64,000 bases of DNA, taken from contig OZ242029.1 in assembly GCA_965205015.1 (NCBI GenBank), forward strand, positions 1,056,001 to 1,120,000, read 5' to 3'. Positions 59,400-64,000 of this stretch are shown piece after piece. The translations under genes were made by a program, and so were the position numbers. Origin of the DNA: Candidatus Poribacteria bacterium (GTDB taxonomy: Bacteria > Poribacteria > WGA-4E > WGA-3G). The notes below the pieces were generated by a model. That model was not told where the DNA came from and did no database searches. It saw only the letters and a list, made by a program, of their open reading frames with translations. Position 1 is the first letter of the stretch, and every line of letters starts with the position of its first letter.

Positions 59400-59417
59400 G
59401 ATGGTTCTCCAAAGGGT

Positions 59418-59665
59418 TGTACTGCCACCGGAAATTTAGACCACTCTCCAATATAAGATTGTGGTATAATGACACTCTCATTGAAAGGAACATCTGATAG
59501 CGAAACGAAAACGAAGAAGCTTCACTCCTGAGTTTAAAGCCTCAGTTGTTCTTGAAGTAGTCAGGGGTGAAAGTTCACAATCGGACATTTATCATACGGG
59601 TGTATCACCAGAAACGTCCTCACTCGGTGTTAGGGTATCCGACATTTCTTGAATTTGAACGACAC
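59418..59665 (+). mobile_element. Internally deleted IS3-family remnant
   Basis: Left IR TGTACTGCC; orfA start KRKRRSFTPEFKASVVLEVVRGE joined almost directly to the orfB end YHQKRPHSVLGYPTFLEFE. Confidence 0.75.
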
Positions 59666-59799
59666 AAAAAGTTTCGATTATTCCGTATGGTCATCAAGCG
59701 GATCTGGAAGGAATAGGACGCCGCTAAGTTCCCTCATCGAGCTCATGGTAGAATATATCTACATATCAATATGTTATATTTACTTCAACAAAACAATAC

Positions 59800-60017
59800 T
59801 TTCACAGTAAACCCAAAAAGCACTAATTTTCCATACAGGCGATAAACCCACACCACGACTGAGTTCTCAAGGGATCGGAGTGATGTCCCAATTCTAAAAT
59901 TTCACAGTAAACCCGAAAAAATGAGAGGGTCTTCAAATGGCTCTAAACCCATACCATATCTATGTTTTCAAAGGGTTATAAAAACCGTTTCTCAAACGCT
60001 TACTGTGAAATTTTGAG
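59800..60017. repeat. TTTCACAGTAA direct/direct/inverted repeats at 100-bp spacing (MITE-like)
   Basis: tttcacagtaaaccc at 59800 and 59900; inverted ttactgtgaaa at 60000. Confidence 0.65.
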
Positions 60018-60146
60018 GACTTCCGCAATTTTCTGAGAGAATACCCATGTCCCGTAGGTTTTCGCCAACGAAGTTTGATGAAGTGTAAGGAAGTAAATCG
60101 GTAAATTCGACAATTGAATGCCCCAGCACCCATCCCTGTGAAAAAT

Positions 60147-60175
60147 TTGACTTTTTGTAGTGTATATGTTATACT
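60147..60175 (+). promoter_or_regulatory. sigma70 promoter of the cysK operon
   Basis: TTGACT-17 bp-TATACT with TG extension. Confidence 0.65.
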
Positions 60176-60244
60176 TTAAAGTGGAATTTTTAACTTAAGA
60201 TAGGGTTGTAGAAGCGGTGTCGTGCGTTGTTATCTGGATGAAAA

Positions 60245-61195
60245 ATGAAAATCGCCAAAAATCTGACAGACCTCATCGGGAATACACCAACGATCCGCCT
60301 GAATGCCTTGCCCGGTAAGGACGATGCAACCATCTTCGCGAAATTGGAGGCTTACAACCCGGGTGGCAGTATCAAGGACCGGATTAGTTATGCGATGGTC
60401 GTCGATGCCGAAGAACGCGGTATCCTGAGAAAAGGAGATACCATCGTTGAACCGACAGCGGGAAACACGGGTTTAGGACTCTCCATCGTTGGAATCGCAA
60501 GGGGTTATCCTGTCACTTTGACAATGCCAGAAAACGTCAGTCGTGAGAAATACGAACTCCTCTCCGCCTTTGGCGCGAAAATTGTGCTAACACCCGAACA
60601 CGGTGGCATGGCAAGTGCTATCTGGGAAGCAGAAGAGATCATCAGACGACACTCACGACACTATATGCCGAACCAGTTCACAAATCCTGCGAACCCGGAG
60701 ATCCATCGGCGCACGACTGCAGTCGAAATTCTCAAAGCCATCGGTAGCGACATCGATTTTTTTGTTACGGGAGTCGGGACAGGCGGTACATTGACAGGCG
60801 TTGGGGAAGTGCTGAAGACGGAATGCCCTGATGTGAAAGTTGTCGCAGTGGAACCGCGGGTCTCAGCCGTACTTTCCGGGGGTCTCCCGAATCCGACGCG
60901 AATTGATGGTCTCGGCGCGGGAATGATCCCCGAAGTGCTCAATGTAGATGTCATTGATGAAGTCATCACAGTCTCCGAAGAAGAAGCATATCAAACGATG
61001 AAATCAATTTCAACAAGCGAGGGTCTGTTAGTCGGTATGTCGTCGGGCGCGAATGTCTACGCTGCCTTACAGGTTGCAAAAGACCAAGGACCGGATAAAA
61101 CCGTCGTTACAATTCTCCCCGACACAGGGGAACGGTATTTCAGTTTGAGTCGTTACTTTGAAATCGAATCGGACATCATGGAGGCACTCCCTTAA
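60245..61195 (+). CDS. cysK: Cysteine synthase A
   Basis: IGNTP, NPGGSIKDR, EPTAGNTG, NQF.NPAN, GVGTGGT, PDTGERY. Confidence 0.93.
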   Translation: MKIAKNLTDLIGNTPTIRLNALPGKDDATIFAKLEAYNPGGSIKDRISYAMVVDAEERGILRKGDTIVEPTAGNTGLGLSIVGIARGYPVTLTMPENVSREKYELLSAFGAKIVLTPEHGGMASAIWEAEEIIRRHSRHYMPNQFTNPANPEIHRRTTAVEILKAIGSDIDFFVTGVGTGGTLTGVGEVLKTECPDVKVVAVEPRVSAVLSGGLPNPTRIDGLGAGMIPEVLNVDVIDEVITVSEEEAYQTMKSISTSEGLLVGMSSGANVYAALQVAKDQGPDKTVVTILPDTGERYFSLSRYFEIESDIMEALP

Positions 61196-61271
61196 CCTAT
61201 CCTGTATGGAAACTAAGTGGAGTCTGCCTACTACTATGTTGTGGACGGCAGAACGGAGTCTGCCTACTACT

Positions 61272-62039
61272 ATGAAACCAATTGATGAAGAATTGAACTA
61301 TTCAGTAGACCACGCCCTCTGTCAAGAAATTGCCTTGACGGAGGCTCCTCAAGAAATTCTTTTCTCTCTGTTTAAGCGATTCAAAGAACGCGCCGCAATT
61401 GTCACAAGCGGACAACTTTCGGGCATGGTGCTGCTGCATCTGGCGGCAGAAAACCAATTGCCGTTCCGAGTCTGTACACTTGACACACTTCGACTCTTCC
61501 CCGAGACGTACACCTTCCTTGAACAGGTGGAAGCGCGTTACGGTATCCAGATTGAACAGATTCAGCCTGATCCGCAAGAAGTACAACAGATGGTGACAGA
61601 GCATGGGGAGTACCTGTTTTTTGACAGTAAAGCGAAGCAGGAATACTGTTGTAATATCCGAAAAGTTCGACCGATGCAACGGCTCTTGGAAACGCTGGAT
61701 GTCTGGATCACCGGCTTACGGCACGATCAGTCGGATGCGAGACAACAACTCCGAAAGGCAGAAATTATATCCTCAACGGAACATCCGGTGCTCAAGGTCA
61801 ATCCGCTCCTTCAGTGGACAAGCGAACAGGTATGGCAGTTTGTCCGTGAAAACGAAATTCCCGTGAATCCGTTGCTTGAAGCAGATACCCAAGGTCATTA
61901 TTATGAATCGCTTGGGTGTATCATTTGCACAACACCCATAAAACCAGGAGAACCGAAACGCGCCGGACGGTGGCGTTGGCAGAACGCGCCGTCTTCAGAA
62001 GAAAATACTAAAGAGTGTGGACTCCATTACTCGATTTAA
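61272..62039 (+). CDS. cysH: APS/PAPS reductase (Fe-S type)
   Basis: LDT..LFPETY, CCNIRKV, WITGLR..QS, SLGCIICT, GRW, KECGLH. Confidence 0.9.
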   Translation: MKPIDEELNYSVDHALCQEIALTEAPQEILFSLFKRFKERAAIVTSGQLSGMVLLHLAAENQLPFRVCTLDTLRLFPETYTFLEQVEARYGIQIEQIQPDPQEVQQMVTEHGEYLFFDSKAKQEYCCNIRKVRPMQRLLETLDVWITGLRHDQSDARQQLRKAEIISSTEHPVLKVNPLLQWTSEQVWQFVRENEIPVNPLLEADTQGHYYESLGCIICTTPIKPGEPKRAGRWRWQNAPSSEENTKECGLHYSI

Positions 62040-62160
62040 TGGCTGTCAGCAAGATGGCTGTCGACTGTCAGTAAAGAGGTTTCCTGATAAATTAGAGTCT
62101 TCTTTCTGACCGCTGATGACTAACGGCTGACGGCTAATAAAAAAGGAGAAAATATATTTC

Positions 62161-62442
62161 ATGGCTGTAACAGTTCGTATTCCAACCCCGCTGAGACGCT
62201 TGACACAAAACTTGGCAGAGGTTGAAGCAGAAGGTGCCAATATTGAAGGTATCATTGATAACCTTGAAGTAAACTATCCAGGGATGAAAGAACGTCTCTG
62301 TGATGACGGCGGAAACATCCGTCGGTTTGTAAATATCTATCTCAACGATGAAGACATCCGTTTCCTCGATGGAAAAGCGACGGCTGTCGAAGATGATGCC
62401 GAAATCTCAATTATTCCAGCGATCGCTGGCGGACTTTTTTAA
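62161..62442 (+). CDS. MoaD/ThiS/CysO-type sulfur carrier protein
   Basis: VRIPTPLR..., RRFVNIYLN.EDIRF, PAIAGG-LF. Confidence 0.92.
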   Translation: MAVTVRIPTPLRRLTQNLAEVEAEGANIEGIIDNLEVNYPGMKERLCDDGGNIRRFVNIYLNDEDIRFLDGKATAVEDDAEISIIPAIAGGLF

Positions 62443-62570
62443 GGATTGCTGAAGGATAGTCGTCAGTTTTCGGTTGTCGGTTAAGCACGCTTGTGGCAGT
62501 AACAGAAAATATACCTGCTACAAGCAATACTACCGAAAACTGTTAACCGATAACCGATAACCCATAACTA

Positions 62571-63032
62571 ATGACTGTAAAACCGGAAACCCTCAGCGAG
62601 ATTTGTGAGCACGCGAAATCGGAGTTTCCCGATGAATGCTGCGGTGTTATTCTGGGAACCGAAGCACAAGAATTCGTCCGGAAATGCCGGAACATACAGA
62701 ATGAACTGCATCAGGAAAACCCGGACACATACCCGCGCGATGCCCGCACAGCGTACGTCATACACCCTGATGATTTAATCGCCGTTCACAAAGAGGCTGA
62801 CACACAGCAACGGCAGATTAAGGCGTTTTACCACTCACACCCAAATCACGAGGCGTACTTCTCCGAAAAAGACAAAGCAGACGCAACCGTATGGGGTGAA
62901 CCCGCCTACCCGGGTGCCACATATCTGGTTATCTCCATTTACGATACCGAAATACGCGCAGTGAAGGCTTTCGCATGGGACGAAACAGCGAAAGATTTTA
63001 CTGAGGTTGACGGACCGCTTGAAGAACCCTAA
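62571..63032 (+). CDS. M67/JAB (Mec+-like) metallopeptidase
   Basis: P.ECCG, YHSHPNHEAYFSEKD JAMM motif. Confidence 0.92.
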   Translation: MTVKPETLSEICEHAKSEFPDECCGVILGTEAQEFVRKCRNIQNELHQENPDTYPRDARTAYVIHPDDLIAVHKEADTQQRQIKAFYHSHPNHEAYFSEKDKADATVWGEPAYPGATYLVISIYDTEIRAVKAFAWDETAKDFTEVDGPLEEP

Positions 63033-63080
63033 TACGGTAGAAGCGACTTCCCAATCACGCCCTTCTTCGAGGCAAGAACC

Positions 63081-64000
63081 ATGCAACGCTTGCGAGTTTT
63101 CTTGGTACAGCTTGCAAACAAAAGTCAGCAATTGATGCCGGACATGCGCGTTGTCAAAGCCCCTGCCTTCAAGTCCTACGTTGGACTTCTCACATTCTCC
63201 GCTGCCTCCCTTGCCATTGCCTTAGGAATAACCCTCAGTAAGATTCTCGTTTTTGAATACCATTCAAATTCCGGTGTCGTCGGCTGGCTCAGTGTGAATG
63301 CGTATCCGAAACAACAGGAATACTTTTTCTATCTGTTGGCACTGCTTGGAATCCCAGGAATAATATATCTGTACTGGCTCGGGTGGTGTATCTATTCGCG
63401 CTGGTGTGCAGAACGAACCGCCCAACCGATACAGCGTGTCCTGAAAGCAAACGCGCTGGCATCCATTCCGTTATGGCTCTGTTGGCTACAGGTCTACCAT
63501 ACCGGTCAGAGCATCCTAACAGGCTTACTCCTACCGATGAGTTTATCCATTCTGATTAAATTGGTGTTACTGTATCAGCGGTATTTCCCTACGCTGTGGA
63601 ATTCAGATGTTTCCGATGACAGAGACACCCGTAACGCAGCCTGCAACAACGGCGCAAGCGGATCAATAGAAAGGCAGCCGAATCCTGAACCTCACTTTAT
63701 AACTCTGCAAGGTATAATTAAAAAGCGGAGTGGACTTGAATACATCATCCTCCCGATTTTCATCTATCTCCTTACCTACTCTGGAGGCATCCACGGCAAA
63801 ATAGATTTATTCCACGAAGGTGAACGGCTTGCACCTCTCAATGAAATGCTGCACGGCGCGGTGCCGTTCCGGGATATCTACATCCAGCACGGACTCTTCC
63901 AAAACGCTTACCTGGCATGGTTTGGTAGCCAACTCTTTGAACCGACCCTGTTCGGTGTGCGTTCAATGGAGGACATATTGGACCCACTCGGCTATGTTGC
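63081..64000 (+). CDS. Polytopic membrane protein, possible GT-C glycosyltransferase (3'-truncated)
   Basis: Manual translation stays open to the window end; several TM segments, then DLFHEGE..G.VPFRD..IQHG. Confidence 0.6.
   Translation, partial: MQRLRVFLVQLANKSQQLMPDMRVVKAPAFKSYVGLLTFSAASLAIALGITLSKILVFEYHSNSGVVGWLSVNAYPKQQEYFFYLLALLGIPGIIYLYWLGWCIYSRWCAERTAQPIQRVLKANALASIPLWLCWLQVYHTGQSILTGLLLPMSLSILIKLVLLYQRYFPTLWNSDVSDDRDTRNAACNNGASGSIERQPNPEPHFITLQGIIKKRSGLEYIILPIFIYLLTYSGGIHGKIDLFHEGERLAPLNEMLHGAVPFRDIYIQHGLFQNAYLAWFGSQLFEPTLFGVRSMEDILDPLGYV

Noticed and set aside
59800-60017. Possible CRISPR array
   Set aside because: Only two direct copies of ~15 bp at a 100-bp period plus an inverted copy; no cas genes; geometry does not fit.
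1-64000. tRNA/rRNA genes, integrase, prophage genes
   Set aside because: None recognised by eye; no integrase or tRNA attachment site was found for the island.

Overview
Bacterial chromosomal window, most likely from Candidatus Poribacteria or a relative. This is inferred from the C-terminal KLxTxWGxxK tails, the FlgD-Ig 'NYPNPFNPETWIPY' domain, an ECF sigma factor fused to a beta-propeller, two PhyH genes and a DUF6785-type transporter. Region 1-29.2 kb is core/metabolic: recD2, thrC, an aldolase, archease, an enolase-family enzyme, dehydrogenases, an acyl-CoA ligase and cytochromes c. It is dotted with REP-like palindromes, some translated in-frame inside genes. Region ~29.2-60.0 kb is a visibly more AT-rich accessory/defence island with almost all genes on the + strand. 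In order it holds: a Swt1-like HEPN protein; a 5-gene operon of GIY-YIG, membrane coiled-coil protein, vWA-like exported protein, ZorA-like and ZorB-like, with no ZorC/D/E; a trypsin-FlgD protease; pseudogene remnants; an HhH glycosylase-like gene; IS982; a UvrD(no 2B)-RuvC-TPR fusion; an ORF-less group II intron in an IS3-like end; AlkB; a membrane-anchored methyltransferase-like protein; a SNF2 helicase; and two tandem sacsin-like GHKL ATPases with degenerate HNH-like domains, one ending in an Hfq-like domain. Region 60.2-64 kb is a sulfur-assimilation cluster (cysK, cysH, a MoaD/ThiS carrier with a masked GG, a JAB protease) plus a partial membrane protein. The best candidates for undescribed systems are the non-canonical ZorAB operon, the UvrD-RuvC-TPR fusion and the MTase/SNF2/twin-sacsin module. 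All calls come from motif recognition by eye; no searches were run.
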